From assembly GCA_002633005.1 (NCBI GenBank), contig NMRA01000098.1, positions 763,186 through 827,185 of the forward strand: a stretch of 64,000 nt of DNA, written 5' to 3'. The notes beneath the pieces are model-generated. The model saw nothing but the letters and a program-made list of their open reading frames with translations, did no database searches and was not told the DNA's origin. This DNA is from Phoronis australis. Lineage: Eukaryota > Animalia > Phoronida. Every line of letters begins with the position of its first letter. Positions within the stretch are counted from its first letter, which is position 1. Of this stretch, positions 25,014-38,891 are shown in pieces. A program made the translations under genes and the position numbers.

Positions 25014-28000
25014 ATGACATCTCAAGGGATCGAGAGGATTACTGATGCTCTTGGTTATCTAGTTCTAAATGAAGAGGGTGCTGTCATCAGTGTTAGTGAA
25101 CTTTATTATTTTAGTTAGTCCAGTGTGATCGTCACTTAATAAGTGATTTTTTGCATGTTTTCAAACATCGCGATGTTTGGATATCTTAAAGAGACCTGGA
25201 ACGCAGCATACAGACTAAATTGCAGCATTGAAAGTGGTTCTCTGCCACTGAAACAGAATTCAACCTGCTCAACAGTTATTTTTAGGGTTTGCTCATGAAG
25301 ATTTTTTATTTCTGTTGATAGATATCAAGCATTTTATTTTGGTTTCAAATTTCAAAAAACCATTTGTCATCTGCTCGCCACTTTGTCAATTTTTCTCCCA
25401 CAAGGCAAAGCACGTCTCCTCATTTGGTATGACAAGACATAGATATAGCACATTTCCCTGATATGGAAAATTTGACCTTTGACCTCAAGCGACTTCAAGC
25501 AACTGACTGAACGCATGCACACATTTGCCATAAGTGGGAGGGAGATTAGAAACTCTGTGATAACCACAAAGTTTTTTCCAGACCTTCGCACGTATTTCAA
25601 AATCATGAATTTTTAAATTTTTTGGAAATTTTCCCTTGGGAAATTGAATTACTCAGTACTAGCCGTTGCGAGATGGCACTTTTGTCAGGAATTATTTAAA
25701 AGATATTTTTGACGAGCTTTCGCATTCCATGCCTCTTTAAGCCATGTCTGATAACCTCCACGCCTTGAGCCATCGATGTTTGGAAAGTCTGATTGAGCTC
25801 TCTCAGATGCAAATTCCAAGAATAACAAAAGAGTGAGCTTTGGGAATTAGCACAATGAAGGTTATGTACGTCCCTAGAAGTATCCCTTAATTTGGCAAAA
25901 TTTGGAACATCATATCTCAAGTCGTTAGATTGTATTCATATGAAACATTCAGTTACTTGCTTTATGCACTGTTTTCCAAAACTCTGTTAGGAATTGTTTT
26001 TAAAATGTTCTTCTTCTGCATGAGGGGCTATTCAAACAGGACTTTTATGATTTTCATGACAAAAATCAAAACGAAAACGGAATTTTAATTTCATAGAAAG
26101 TTGTTACAGTGTTTTTGAGATTAAACTTCGATATTTATATCAAGTGAATTTGGTCATGTTACTGACTTCTTTTTGCCATTTTTATTCGCCCACATAATTA
26201 TTCATATGTGGACGCATTATGCCGCCATCTCCGTCCATTCGTCCAGGGTCTATCCGGCGTCCGCTGCTATTTCTCCAAAAAACCCTTTGACATACGTTCA
26301 TGAAATTTGGCACACATGTTCCTTTCAGGAATGGGAAAGCATGAGCGAACTTTTGGACAGCGGATCCGACTACCGGTGTGCCCCGTAGTGACAATTTTCA
26401 TTTTTTACGCTTACCTATATATCTTCAAAGGTCTTCAACGTATTTTCATAAAATTTGTCGTATAGGCATCTATTAGTGAGATGATGCTATCCTTCCATTT
26501 TTGGATGGATTCGACAAAGTTTGCGCCACCTAGTGGCCATTTTTGCTGTTTTTGAGTCTGTTTTTGGCGTCCTCTCTTCTATCAACCAAACCGCTCTAAG
26601 GATGATTGTGAAAATTGGCATGCATGTTTTTAGCTATGAAGAGGACGGCTAACGATGATTTTCCAATGATTTTGTCTTCTGTGGCGCCTCCTAGTGGCAG
26701 TTTTGTTTTTTTGTGTCCATGGCTGTATCTCCTAAACCATTGGCAGGATCTTTACTAAATTTAGCAAGACATAGTGTATTTATGTGATGTTGAAAATGCA
26801 TGATGACAACTTTCGGACACATCTGAGTACCAATGTGCCCCCTAGTGGCAATTTCTGTTTTTTTCTTTTACCTCTGTATCTTCAAAGGTCCTCAAGGTAT
26901 TGTCATAAAATTTGGCGTATAGGCATCTATTAGTGAGATGACGCTATCATCCCGTTTTCAGATGGATTTGACGTAGTTTGCGCCACCTAGTAGCCACTTC
27001 TACAGCCTGTTTTTTGGTGTCCACCCCTACCAAACGGCTCTAAGGATGATTGTGAAAATTGGCATGTATGTTCTTACTGCGAAGCCGAGGATGATTTTCC
27101 GACGACTTCGACTACCGTGGTGCCTCCTAGTGGCGGTTTTGTTTTTTTTTGCGACCAGGGCTGTATCTCCTAAACCATTTGCAGGATAAAATGTATTTAT
27201 ATTATGTTTGCAACAGATGACAACAACTTTTGGACGGATCTGACTACCCTGACTGTCCCCTTAGTAGCAATTAGCAATTTCAGTTTTTTAGGTTTACCTT
27301 AAATCTTCAAAGGTTCTCAACAGATTTTCAGAAAATTTGGAATATAGGCATATATTGGTGAGATGATGTTATCCTCCTGTTTTCGGATAGAATCGAGGTA
27401 CTTTGCGCCACCTACTGGCCATTTTTCCTGTTTTTGAGTCTGTTTTTTGGCATTCACCCCTTGATCATTCAAACCATTCTAAGGATGATTTAGAAAATTG
27501 GCGCGTATGTTTTATGTGTGAAGAGGGCGGTTGACTTTAACGAATTCGACTACTGTGGCCCTCCTTGTAATAGTTTTGTTATCTTTTGCGCCTATAGCTG
27601 CATCTCCTTAACACATTGCATGACCTTTATTAAATTTAGTAATATTATTTATATGAAGCTAACAACTGACGACATCTTTCAGGGCGATCCAATGAATGCT
27701 GTGCCCCATAGTGGCAATTTCATTATTTCCGTTTTCCTTCATTTCTCAGAAGTTTCATGACAGATTTTATTGAAATTTGGTAAATAGCTTTCTATTAAAG
27801 AAGCAATGGCATTTTCCCGTTGATTGGATGTTTTTGTGCCATCTAGTGGCTATTTTTATGAAACAAATTAAGCAACCCTAGAAGCACACGGTTTGCAGTG
27901 CATTTGTGGGCGCATTTCAACGCTCTGTGTTGCTCTTGTTTATAAAAAGATGGTAACATGGCTACATTAATGGCAGATGGGTAAAAAGTCAAGAATCAAA

Positions 28001-30749
28001 ATTTGCAAGTTTTTTGTTGATATACTTTCACACACAGTCAGTTAAAATCTATAGTTTTGAAGATATTTGACTGAATATGAGTCTATGACCATGAACATAA
28101 TTATTTTCATGTTCAGTTTGAGCCAGATTTTTGCCCAGGGAAAGCCCTGCTTTTTGGAAATATTACTCCTATCCTACAACTCATTAGTACACATCAACAC
28201 AGAATGCCATTTTTTTTTTGCTGTTCACATAATCTTTTTGTAGTTATGTGAAGCTTCTGTTTTTCTTTATGGTTTTGTGAACATATTTTATGCTTTTTTT
28301 CATTTGATTTTGAGCCATATTCTAAACCTGTTGTAAACCCACTTTTTCAAACAAGTTGGTTTTGACTACTGACTTAAGGTTGTGATACTGGTCTCAACTT
28401 TTTCAGGTGAGTTCTGGGTTTTTAAGTTCCTGACAAGTTCATTATTAATGCAAAAAATGACCCGCTGTAACAAGCCAACTTTTTTATGTGATGGCAGACA
28501 ATATGAGGAATAAGCTGTGACGAGTATGATCATAGTGGATGTAGCTTTATTTAATTCACAAGTTCTTTAACCTTTCATGGAACATGGGTTTATCGCAGGT
28601 TCAACAATGGTCTAGTAAATAGTCAATTTCCATATTCCTCAATCCTGCTGAGTACCACTCCTCTCGGCCATGAAGTAAGATTATAGCGATTGTACAACGG
28701 TGGCACTGTGCGCACGACGGGCACATTTTCACGATGCGGTTGGGAAGGGGTGAAATGTAACTTCCTGCATCCATGGATGTTTATCCAGCTTATGACACTA
28801 CCTTGAATCGGTATTGCAGCCCACGGCACAGCAATAATACTTTCTCAGCATGACTTAAATATGATCCAAAATATAAAGTATTCAGACGACGGATGCCAAC
28901 ATGTGAAGCTGCATAGGAGGCTGCTGACATGTCTGTCGTATGCTCATGACATAGGAGAGCGGTCATTGCGGAAGGCGAGAATTGGCGTATAACTTTTTAT
29001 TGAGTAGAGGACATTATGCTAAGCTTGATCACTGGTAGTTCATGGATTCATGGTCTTGATTGTTTATTTTTCAGTCTGGTGGGGATTTGGAGAATGAAGA
29101 AAAGAGTGCTGATATCTTCCTGTCCATGATGAAAACAGCTTGTAGGATACCCCTGGGTTCTGAAAGAAGTAGCAACACATTAAAAAGGCTATCAGGTTTG
29201 TGTTGGATAGTACATGTTGGTGACCTGTGGTTTCTCTGGACTCTACTGTGGGGTCTCTAGTTATTTGAACTGCGAAAAACCCTCCTTCCCTCGGCATTTT
29301 CACCACCTGCACAACTTTCATTCCAGGTCACCACAATTCTCTTCCTCCCAGTTGCCACCTCTTTCAAGCTCCCATTGTTTCAAGTTTTTTTGCCCAAGCA
29401 TTACAAGAAGGGAACACTGACAAGGAGACATTGTGGTGAAGAGGCTGAGCACCTTCGTTCTGTGGGGCTTAAATGTAACTTGAACAAAATGGATAACCTG
29501 GCACTGTATATGGCTCATTGCCTCACACATTCAGTGCCTGTGTGTACATTCAATTTGTGTGATTAGTTTGAAACGAACATTGTTATGTGACGACGTGTGT
29601 GTGAGTCCATGTTGTCGTCATCTTGTCTGGGTTTCTGCTCAATATCTCAAAAACCCTTGAAAAACCAGGTCAGATTTCATAAAGTTGAACACTAGGGTGA
29701 AGGTCTTTAATTCGGCAGTGCATGCCAGGGGCTTATTTTATAGTATTTTTGGGGAAGAACTTTTACCAATTGATAGCTAGAAAACCAGTTTTAAATTATG
29801 GATTTCAATTAAACTTGAGACTGAGGTGTGTGCAAGATAGCACCATCTAGTGGCCTTAAAATTGATAAGATGTTTCTTTTCTATTGTCGCAAGGATTACC
29901 CAGATTCTTTACGGAACTCAACACGGGTATATGAGAGGAATGTGCCAGCCTATCATTTTTCGTATTAAGTAGACCACCTGTGTTTCCTAGTAACCATTTT
30001 AGTTTTTGGCTAGGCATTAATTGTCAATCCATTGTTGTGAAAACAACACAATCCCCCAGATGCTTGTCTTTTGATAAAATATGATACAAGAACTGAGCGG
30101 AGATTTTGCTTCTCAAAACTGTTGGGTAGGGCTGGAGGTTATTTACAAAAAGTCGTGGCACACATATTTTTGCTTTCACTCACACTGTTTCCAATCAGGA
30201 AATTCCTACAATTTTTTATGCAATTATAAAATATTTAGCTCATTTGTATACAGGTATGTCTGTAGATATTTTACAAATCTGTATCCATATCCATTTGTCA
30301 TTTGGGTGTAAGAAAGTAGGGGTTTCAACGTTAACTTTATTTCAGTGATATTTTAACAGTGATTATATTTTACACTGTCACCTTAACTTTCCATTGCCTG
30401 CAGGTAATGTTATCAATTTGTGAGCCGGCATTTTTTGTATTGTATTAGGTGAAATAAAGTATTTAAAAAAAAAATAGTAAGGTACCCAGACACTCCTTTT
30501 GTAAGTTGTTTTGGAAGACTGCTTTTAACGGGATTCAAAGTGTTTTGGGTCTTAACGCCATGTATTTTCAGTCCATTTCTTTTTCTGGTGTCATAGTGTG
30601 CTGTATGCAAATCATGTCTCTTCAATCATAATTTTCTTTTTTTTCTTTCAGTTGTCATTGGAAGTTATATGTACGTGCTCACAGCATCCAATCAAAAAGT
30701 GTATGTCTGTAAGAGACACTACAACTCACAGGAACCAGTCACAGCATGA
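25014..30749 (+). CDS. LAMTOR4: Ragulator complex protein LAMTOR4; 3 coding exons, 98 aa
   Basis: Exons 25014-25091 (MTSQGIERITDALGYLVLNEEGAVIS), 29075-29195 (SGGDLENEEKSADIFLSMMKTACRIPLGSERSSNTLKRLS) and 30652-30749 (VVIGSYMYVLTASNQKVYVCKRHYNSQEPVTA*). GT-AG junctions, phases 0 and 1, colinear with human LAMTOR4 motifs. Confidence 0.93.
26179..27940 (+). mobile_element. HINE/DINE-1-like element, apparently full length, in a LAMTOR4 intron
   Basis: The 5' end has tttttattcgcccacata..tatgtggacgcat (subterminal inverted repeat) and a tccgtccattcgtcc microsatellite. About 11 units of ~146 bp follow. The 3' end is gtgggcgcatttcaacgctc..tgctcttgtt, in a T-rich insertion site. Confidence 0.78.
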
Positions 30750-31084
30750 TCGGGAGCCAATATAAAGAGACAGTAGCACGGGAAGTGCTGTCCAGGATGA
30801 AATGTACTCCTTGCACAATTTCTGTATGGATTGTAAAGCAATTTATGAACGTGAGGAGTAATTATGGTCACACTAGGACAAAGTGTGGATTATGCTGTTG
30901 AAGTCATTTTTGTTAATTTTTGTAAAGTAACTTGACATATTATATCGTCATTTCAAGTCTGGTGTTAGTTTTTCTTCAGCACTTTTATTTAGGTCTGTTT
31001 TCGGTACTCGTCCATGTAAATGGAACGGAAATCAAGGCTGTTATCCACCAGATAAATACACTTCAAATACTGCTCTTTATCAAG

Positions 31085-31245
31085 TGAAGTTTAGCTCCAT
31101 TAGCAGAGCATTAGATTGTGACAGCAAGGGGTTCAGCTTCAATTCTGCCCCGAGGCTGATGTAACTTTTAATAAGACAATTATTAAAACATGGTATGCAT
31201 CTCACCTGTTGGCCAACAGGTGATATGCAGACCACTTAAATATTT
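31085..31245 (+). mobile_element. Degenerate tRNA-derived SINE, same family as 12990-13143
   Basis: A degenerate tRNA-like head (tagctccattagcagagca..) is followed by ccaacaggtgatatgcagaccacttaaat. Confidence 0.45.
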
Positions 31246-33301
31246 TTGTTCTAGGTTTGCACACCGGTTTAATATTTACATAATTATTCACAAAGACCAT
31301 TATTATTTACACAGCCAATATCCTACTTTGTGATTTGTACTGTGTAGTTAATGCAGCTCATGACGTGGGAATAGCCTTTGCAGACCTTGCTACACTGAGA
31401 ATAGGCTAGGCATGGTGGTTTACCCAGTGTTCTCTTAGTACATCAAAGCAATTCTGGCAAAGTATGCCCCAGGTAAGCAGCAAGTCGAGCCTGTTCATAA
31501 GACATGCTGGAGTTGCTTGAACGGGTAAATCTTCATTAGAAAGTTGTGGGTCTGTAATTATTTCTGTCAGATTAGGTTAACTTCATTGTATTGGAAACAC
31601 AAGGGGTATGGTAATGCCCTGTCTGCAGGGGTGAGTGGAATGTAATTTGTAAATGCAACTTAGAAGTCAAGTTTCAAAAAATGTAAATTTACCACCTGGG
31701 TTTCAATAAATTTTACATTGTCATTTGAAAATGTTCCAGTTGACTTCAGTTGCCAATCTTTTTAAAGCACATGCTAAATTGTTCATTTTTCTAAAACAAT
31801 GAAAGCTGTCCATCAGAACTTAACTTTTATTCTCATTGTACAGTAGTTGACCAGTTAACAACCAATAAAGTTACGCCACTCAAAAATAGGTCACAAATAA
31901 CAAAACTAATTAGTAGTTAATAGATTAGGTAAATATGGAACCGGCACATTCTAAATGTACAGGTACGTGGAACTTGTAGTACTTGATTACATAAATTACA
32001 TAAATTTGGCACTCTAACAAATCAGAATCTTGCACATTAGTTGCGATAAACTTGACTTTTAATGTAAAATAATTCTACTTGACTTAGTTCACTTACTGTG
32101 ATAAAATTTGCCTCAAACTGAAGTTTACAACAAATATGAAGTAATATCTGGGCTTGGGAAGAGCTGACAGTTTATTGCTGAAGACAAGACTGTGTTGGCT
32201 TGAAAATGCGTGTCATTTTACGAGGATGAAACATTTGATATCTTGGTATACAATTTGTGGACTAGGACAACACAAAACAGTCGTGTATCTAATATTGTTA
32301 TCTGCTTGTGGCTGTGCTCCAAAGATGGCCGTGAGCAGTACTGCAATGTCGGTTCTTCCAAAGCTGATGAACCAATTTTAATGTGGGTAGAGAAAAGAAT
32401 TTGTAGCGGTGGTTTGAAATGTGATTTTTTTACTGAAGACAGGTACATTGTAGTCCAATTTTCTGTTACAATTACTGAAAGGCACAAGAATCAGATTTGG
32501 ACATAATTAATCAGGGCAACAATACTATTTAAATGTAAAAACGATAAAAAGTTTGTCTTTTTTCACAACAAATACTCGACTGGTAAAATACAGATACTAA
32601 TACATAGCCTGGCACAAAATATTCCTTAAGTTACAAATGAAACCTGAATATAACGCTTAGTATTAAAACTTACACATAATTAATAAAACTTCTAAAGCAG
32701 CTATAAACCCACAGTCTGTCAAAGATGCAATCAATTGTTTTAGACCACTTACTAAATAAAATTGGTATGAATTAAATTGTTCGTTACTCGCATGAGAAAC
32801 TATTCTGGATTTACTGACATCACATTATTTCTCGAGACCATGCTTGGCGCACACAGTGATACATCATGACAAGCCAACTTCTAGAACCTGGTGTCTAGCA
32901 ATGAGTTGACAGTTTTCCAAGTCATGAAACGGCTTTAATTTAACAAAGGAACGAGTAGAGACCAATCTTATAATGATAAGGGATCTAAACCAAAGGTTGG
33001 TCTTCGTGAAAGAAGATAAGTTTATAGCCTCCGTAGTTATGGCATAATTAAATACAGCTTCACCATTATTACTTCCCACACACCAAAACAGAAGCAAACA
33101 TTTAATAACTATATGTAAAGTACATGTTCTAGCTCATAAAGATTTTCTACAATTAACATTTTTTAAAATGTTAACTGTAGAAATTGCCTTAAACGGCATA
33201 AAAGATAAACAATGGCACTGGAATTTTCAATTTCACGTCGCTGTAAATAACTAAATATGGTGGAGCTATTCTCAACGCTTTTCATCAAAGGAAGTCAAAT
33301 T

Positions 33302-34282
33302 ACAACAGCAATGTGGAGCATTGAAATGGGCCCAGGACTGTACCGCACAGGGTATGAGAGATACTTAGTAACAGATGCAAAAAGTGCCACTAGGAGGCAC
33401 CACAGTAGTCCGAGTCATCCTCTTACAATAGAAAGTAAATGCTAGTATTCAAAATCATCCTTAGAGTGCTTAGGCTGATAGAGGGCAGATGCCAAAAATA
33501 GACCAGAAAACAGTTTGAATGGCCACTAGATGGTCCAAAATACATCGAATCCATCTGAAAATGGTGGCGTGTCATAGTTTCTTTAACAAAAAACTATTTA
33601 CCAAATTTCTTAAAATCAGTCAAAGAACTAAAGAGAAATGGAGGAAAATGGAAAATTATTCCCACTAGGGGGCAAAGTGTTCATCGGATCTATACAAAAG
33701 TCATTGCTGCTCATCCTCAAGTTAATATAGTATAGTAAATGTAATAAAGATCCTGCAGCGGGTTTAGAAGAAACACCCATGGGAGCGAAAAAAACTGGCA
33801 CAAGGAGGCGCCAAAGTAGTCAAGTCCTTGGAAAATCATCGTCAGCCATCCTTTTCACAGCAGAAACATGCTAATTTTCACAATCATCCTTGAGTGATTT
33901 GGTAGATAGAGAGGCAGATGCCGAAAAGAGTAAAATGCTCACAAGGTGGCGCAAAATACGTCAAATCCAACCAAAAACGGGAGGATAGCGTCATCTCACA
34001 AACATGTGCCTACCTGCCAAATTTTATGACAATCCGTTTAGGACCTTTGAAGATACAGACTGATGTAAACATAAAAACTAAAATTGCCACTAGGAGGCAC
34101 ATCGGTAGTCCGATCCCTTTGAAACTTGGCTCATCCTGCCTCATCTATGAATGGAACAAATGGGGAGAATTTCATGAACAAACATCAAATTTTTGTGGAG
34201 ATAAAGCAGTGGAAAGGCTCCGAATGGAGGGACAGGATGACAGCATAATGGGCCCACATATCAATAAGTTGGCGCATAAAAA
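33302..34282 (-). mobile_element. HINE-like element, short-array copy
   Basis: Ends read acaacagc..gcattgaaatgggccca and gggcccacata..ttggcgcataaaaa. Internal motifs include ccactaggaggca, ccactagatggt and ccactagggggca. Confidence 0.72.
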
Positions 34283-35233
34283 TCTATCCAAAACATCTTC
34301 AGGATATTCTATATCTGTTGATAGGAAGCAATGGTATACAAAAACCAAACAGTTCTAATGGCTCATTTTAGTGGAAAGTGCAACTAAATCTTGTTTAATC
34401 AATTCTGTGCAAAAGCATGCAAATAAACAATTGAAGTGAAAGTTATATTAACTAGACATTTTTGTCACGGTTACTTTTAAATGACATTATTGTATTTTGC
34501 AAGTTGTAAATGTAAAGAGCATCTAAAAAATAAAAAAAAAATAAATAAAAACATGAACACTACAAGGGTGGTTGTCTGATTAATGCCTCTATATTATCCA
34601 CTCCACCATTAGCTCAGTACCCAGTATTAAAGCCCCATACAAACTTTTGGTTTCTCTCAAATAAGCCGACCAACAATTTTCCTCGCGCAAGCCCTCAGAT
34701 ACCACCGTCACATACAGAACATTCCTTTGTCCTGGTAGATTGAATACAGTAATACAGCTGAGAAAAAATCATAAAGGGCACCAACAAATAACACGAGAAT
34801 CTCCAATAGAATGAAAACAAGGCGACAAAAGTGTTTCATGGATATTTGCACAGCACTGTGGATAACTTGCATAATTTGGTACAGCAGTACTGACCTCGTG
34901 TATAAGTCCATCCTGATTACCTCTCAGTTCATGTAAAATCCAGCTTTTCTCTTCCCCTGTCACGAGGCAGTTATTGAAGAGCCTCCCAAAAAGATCTCTC
35001 AACAGAGCACATTCTTCAAATGTGTGATATCATACAACCCCGTGGGCATTAACTATCAGCCAAAGCACCACATTTCTACCCTGACTGCCTACGAGCAGAA
35101 ATACCAAACCCTGTTATTCTTTACTTCATTAGAAATAATAATGTTCAGGCTACCTGGCTACATGATTTAGCACAAAGTACAAGTGAGACCTAAAATGCTG
35201 TGCAAAGTTAGTTGACAAATAACGGGAGACGAG

Positions 35234-36847
35234 TCAGCCAATTTCATCATAAGCAGGAGGAGAGATGTTATTGCTCAAGAGCTCGTCCTTTGGCAAAAAT
35301 GTTTCCATAGCCGAACATGTATCATGTATTCTTTCCGATGACTCTTCAGTAAATTCGTGTTGTTTATCTTCCTCAAACATCTCTCCTTTATCAATCTCAT
35401 CAATGTCGATGTCTTCATCTTCTAGAACACTCCGTGCACGCAGCAGACCAGTGCAATACACTGTCATCACAAACACAAAACTAAGGAAGATTCTCTCTCT
35501 GTACTTCTCATACAGTTCGTGAACAAAAATAAAACAATCCCACATAAAGCCAAATAGAATAAATAAGAGATTCAACAGGTATTTCAACAAAGCAAAAAAG
35601 TAACTCAAAACAACTCTCAGTTGATCGAAAAACAATTTTAACCACAGTCGTACGACATGATAAACCTCACGTAAATAAACAGCAATCTCAATGAGTATGG
35701 AGTAGACAATCTGTAAAATGAAATCCACAATAAGCCACACATAGTAGGTCATATACCCGACTAAATTCCATGCGTAATACGTTACCATCGCGACATAGTA
35801 AGCCACTGCTTTCCCAGCATCATAAGCAAGCCGAGTGGTTGTCGTAGCAACCCACCCAGCACTGGACAACTTGTGTCCAGCCTGTGTCCAGTTGCCCTGG
35901 TATACGTCCATAGCGAACCCAGTACTTCCTGCGACACCACCAATTACAGCAAGCATGCCCACCCATAAAGCAACTTTCCTCCACTGCGGCAGATTTTGAT
36001 ACCAGTCCACTTGATCCAAAATATTATTTTTCAGTGCATTGAAAGTAGTCAGTACAGTATTCTTAATGCTCTTCACTTTTGCCACAATCCCGTTTTTGAT
36101 CGCTGTTACACTTCCAACAAAATTGTCCTTTAAACGCTTTGCACCAGATGTAATTGCGATACGAATGCCAACAAATAAGTTAACAGTTCCATTTTTGATA
36201 GCGCACACACTTCCATAAATGGCATTCTTGGTACTCACTACAACTGAAACAGTACCATTCCTGATTCCGAACACAAACCCAGTGAAACCATCGTAGATGC
36301 TGAGAAAGAAACCGACCATTCCATTTTTAATTCCGACAAAGAAATTCACAATTCCTGTAAAAATTCCATTGATTGTATTCAAAATGGAGTTTTTAACAGC
36401 CAACAAACAGTTGACAATTCCATTCTTAAATGACACAACAGCATTCACAATACCATTTTGAATAGAAATTATTGTATTTACAATGCTATTTTTTATATTC
36501 GTAATACATCGTATTACTCCATTGAATATTCCAAGAATTGTACCAACTATTGCATTCTTTATACCGCATACTCCATTGACTATTCCATCGCGAACTGCAA
36601 TAACAGTGTTGACAATAGCCCAATAAACAGATAAGACACTGTTGACAATTCCGTCTCGAATACCAATAATAGTTCCGATGATGGCCAACTTTATTGCCAG
36701 GCAAAAATTCCTGACGGCCAGAATCTTGTTATTTATGTAGGTGGCAATGGCATCCCGTACGTTGGTAACTTTGTTGCAGACGGAATTGCGAGCCCGGTCC
36801 AACTGGTGTGTAGTGAATACAACTGGATGACGGACCGCCTGCCACAT
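35234..36847 (-). CDS. Uncharacterised membrane protein with 11-residue amphipathic repeats (537 aa from the first ATG after the acceptor), single coding exon
   Basis: 1.6-kb open frame with acceptor ttttgctttccag just before 36862. Contains 21 consecutive 11-mers, hydrophobic helices (VALWVGMLAVIGGVAG, IFLSFVFVMTVYCTGLL), an acidic tail and a C-terminal PPAY. The true start could lie in an upstream exon. Confidence 0.85.
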   Translation of the reverse strand: MWQAVRHPVVFTTHQLDRARNSVCNKVTNVRDAIATYINNKILAVRNFCLAIKLAIIGTIIGIRDGIVNSVLSVYWAIVNTVIAVRDGIVNGVCGIKNAIVGTILGIFNGVIRCITNIKNSIVNTIISIQNGIVNAVVSFKNGIVNCLLAVKNSILNTINGIFTGIVNFFVGIKNGMVGFFLSIYDGFTGFVFGIRNGTVSVVVSTKNAIYGSVCAIKNGTVNLFVGIRIAITSGAKRLKDNFVGSVTAIKNGIVAKVKSIKNTVLTTFNALKNNILDQVDWYQNLPQWRKVALWVGMLAVIGGVAGSTGFAMDVYQGNWTQAGHKLSSAGWVATTTTRLAYDAGKAVAYYVAMVTYYAWNLVGYMTYYVWLIVDFILQIVYSILIEIAVYLREVYHVVRLWLKLFFDQLRVVLSYFFALLKYLLNLLFILFGFMWDCFIFVHELYEKYRERIFLSFVFVMTVYCTGLLRARSVLEDEDIDIDEIDKGEMFEEDKQHEFTEESSERIHDTCSAMETFLPKDELLSNNISPPAYDEIG

Positions 36848-38048
36848 TGTGCAACAGCGTTTCTGGAAAGCAAAATAAAGAAAACTTGGGTGAATTTTCA
36901 AGACACATTTAGTGTAATGGAACCTTTGACTTAATACTCAAAGAATATTTTTACTAACTTAAAGTTAATTGAATGATTTGGGCAAATGGCACCATTTCAA
37001 ACAAAATGTTGTCTACCTAAGACCTGTGGATATCAATTTTGTAATATTTCATGAAAATGCATAAAGGAACTCTGAAGATACAGAGGAAAACATAAAACAT
37101 AAAACTGCCACTAGGGGGCATATCAATGGAGATAGCAGCCGACATCCAATGGACTGGTACGACAGCAAAATCCATTGAAATACATGTACGTGGGCACATA
37201 AAAAAGGTAAAAGTTTACTGACAGGTAAATCTAAACCAGTTGAGTTTTCTGGTTTTACTCAAAATGTATCGCCAGCTTATGACGAGAACTATAGGTTGGC
37301 AATTAAGTTACCCATGAGGATTACCAACACTGCTCAAGACTGGGCAACCAACTTGGATGACTGGTGTCAGAGTGTCAAACAGCCTATGTAAGTGCAAAGC
37401 TATATAAGTATACATTTTTGCACTGCTGTGGGTAAAAATTTGCCAAATAAAATGTGACACAAAATTAGCATCATTAAAAATAAAACTCTTACTTGGGAAA
37501 ACTGAATATCTGCCGGAGCTAAAAAATTATTTTTCTGCTAATATTATGAAGCGATCCTAAGCAACCACTTTCAGTGCCATGAAATACAGCACCACCTGTT
37601 CACCTTTTTCTGTTTGTATCACTGACTCTTCAATAAACTTTCAACAGCCATTTTTAACACAGCCCGCCCACCAGGAGATATGATGTCACACGGCAACTGA
37701 ACAAAGGACTGCTAAAAAGTTTGATTATGGCAGTATTTGTTCGAGTTGGAAGGAATTGAAGACATCGATGGCCTCCTATAAAGACCTAAGCCTTAAGCTT
37801 ATCCTTAGCCTAAGGCTTAGGCTTAGCTGCAGGATAAGTTGTCTCTCTTTGCGCAAAAGGTACTTAATAATTTTGGTGTTTTAATCAGTATGCAGGGAAA
37901 CATATACCCAGGTTTAGAAACCCTGTGTGCCAGCTGGGCGAGTGAGGTAGAAAGTCGCCCGGCCGTTTGCGTCTGTCACAACAAACTTACTGCCAGCGTC
38001 AATAAAAATCATTGTTTCGGGCATTGATGTCACCAACTATTTGATCTA

Positions 38049-38891
38049 CCATATTCGCCCTAATAAGCGCCCAGGGTGCTTAGAAAAATTCATTTCGGAA
38101 AGGGGCGCTTGTTGTAGCCTGAGGCGGTTGAAACCCAGTCTCCGAAACAGGTGAAATCGGAAGCTAGGGTTCATCAAATTTACGCGACTCATCAACACTG
38201 GTCAAGTTTCGATTCCTGGTTTTTACGTGTACAAAATAATCTGGATTCCTGTTAAGGGAGATCTTGACAAACACACAATCATGTTGTTGTCACATGACGT
38301 TTGTTTTGAAGTTCATCTGCGTGTGTTTGCCGAGTGAGGGTGCATGTGCGTGTCATCAGAGTTCATTTGCCTGAGTAGCAGGCCTACGTTTATGCAGCGC
38401 GTGCTTCCTAGCCACGTGCTTTTAACACTGGTCAAGTTTTTTTATTAATCTTCAATTCGCGGTTTCCACGTGTACAAAGAAGTCTGGATTCCTGTTGAGG
38501 GAGAAGATTGTACGGGAAAGATACAATATAATCCCGTTGAAAAGTACGCTGTGTCTGTTCTGAAAGGCCTGACCACAGTGGGACCGTTTCCTCACAAGAT
38601 CAGCAAAACTTATGTGTTCTTTTTGAAGCACTGCGGAAGTTTGAGGTGTACAGCCACTGCTAAATACCGTCATAGTGGCGAGACTCGTGGTCTAGGAATT
38701 CCAAGCACAATGATTTTTCAGGACTGTCGGATATTATTGATAAATTGAAGACACTATTGTAGAATTTTAGAACTGCAGGTAAGGCATTTTTCGCATATGT
38801 ACACGTTCATGGACTGGGCGCTTATTTTAGCGAAGTCTGAAAACGAGTGAGGGGTGCTTATAGGAGCATGGGCGCTTATTAGGACGAATGT
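38049..38891. mobile_element. MITE, inverted copy of the 11260-12288 family
   Basis: Reads TA-ccatattcgccctaataagcgccc ... gggcgcttattaggacgaat; the interior is reverse-complementary to 11260-12288. Confidence 0.78.

Noticed and set aside
33918-34358. 146-aa ORF
   Set aside because: It lies mostly within the HINE tandem array and is not preserved in the other copies.
36005-36697. Prophage tape-measure gene or bacterial contamination
   Set aside because: No other phage genes are present; the ORF has a spliceosomal acceptor and is flanked by host repeats and intron-containing genes. The resemblance is limited to the 11-mer periodicity.
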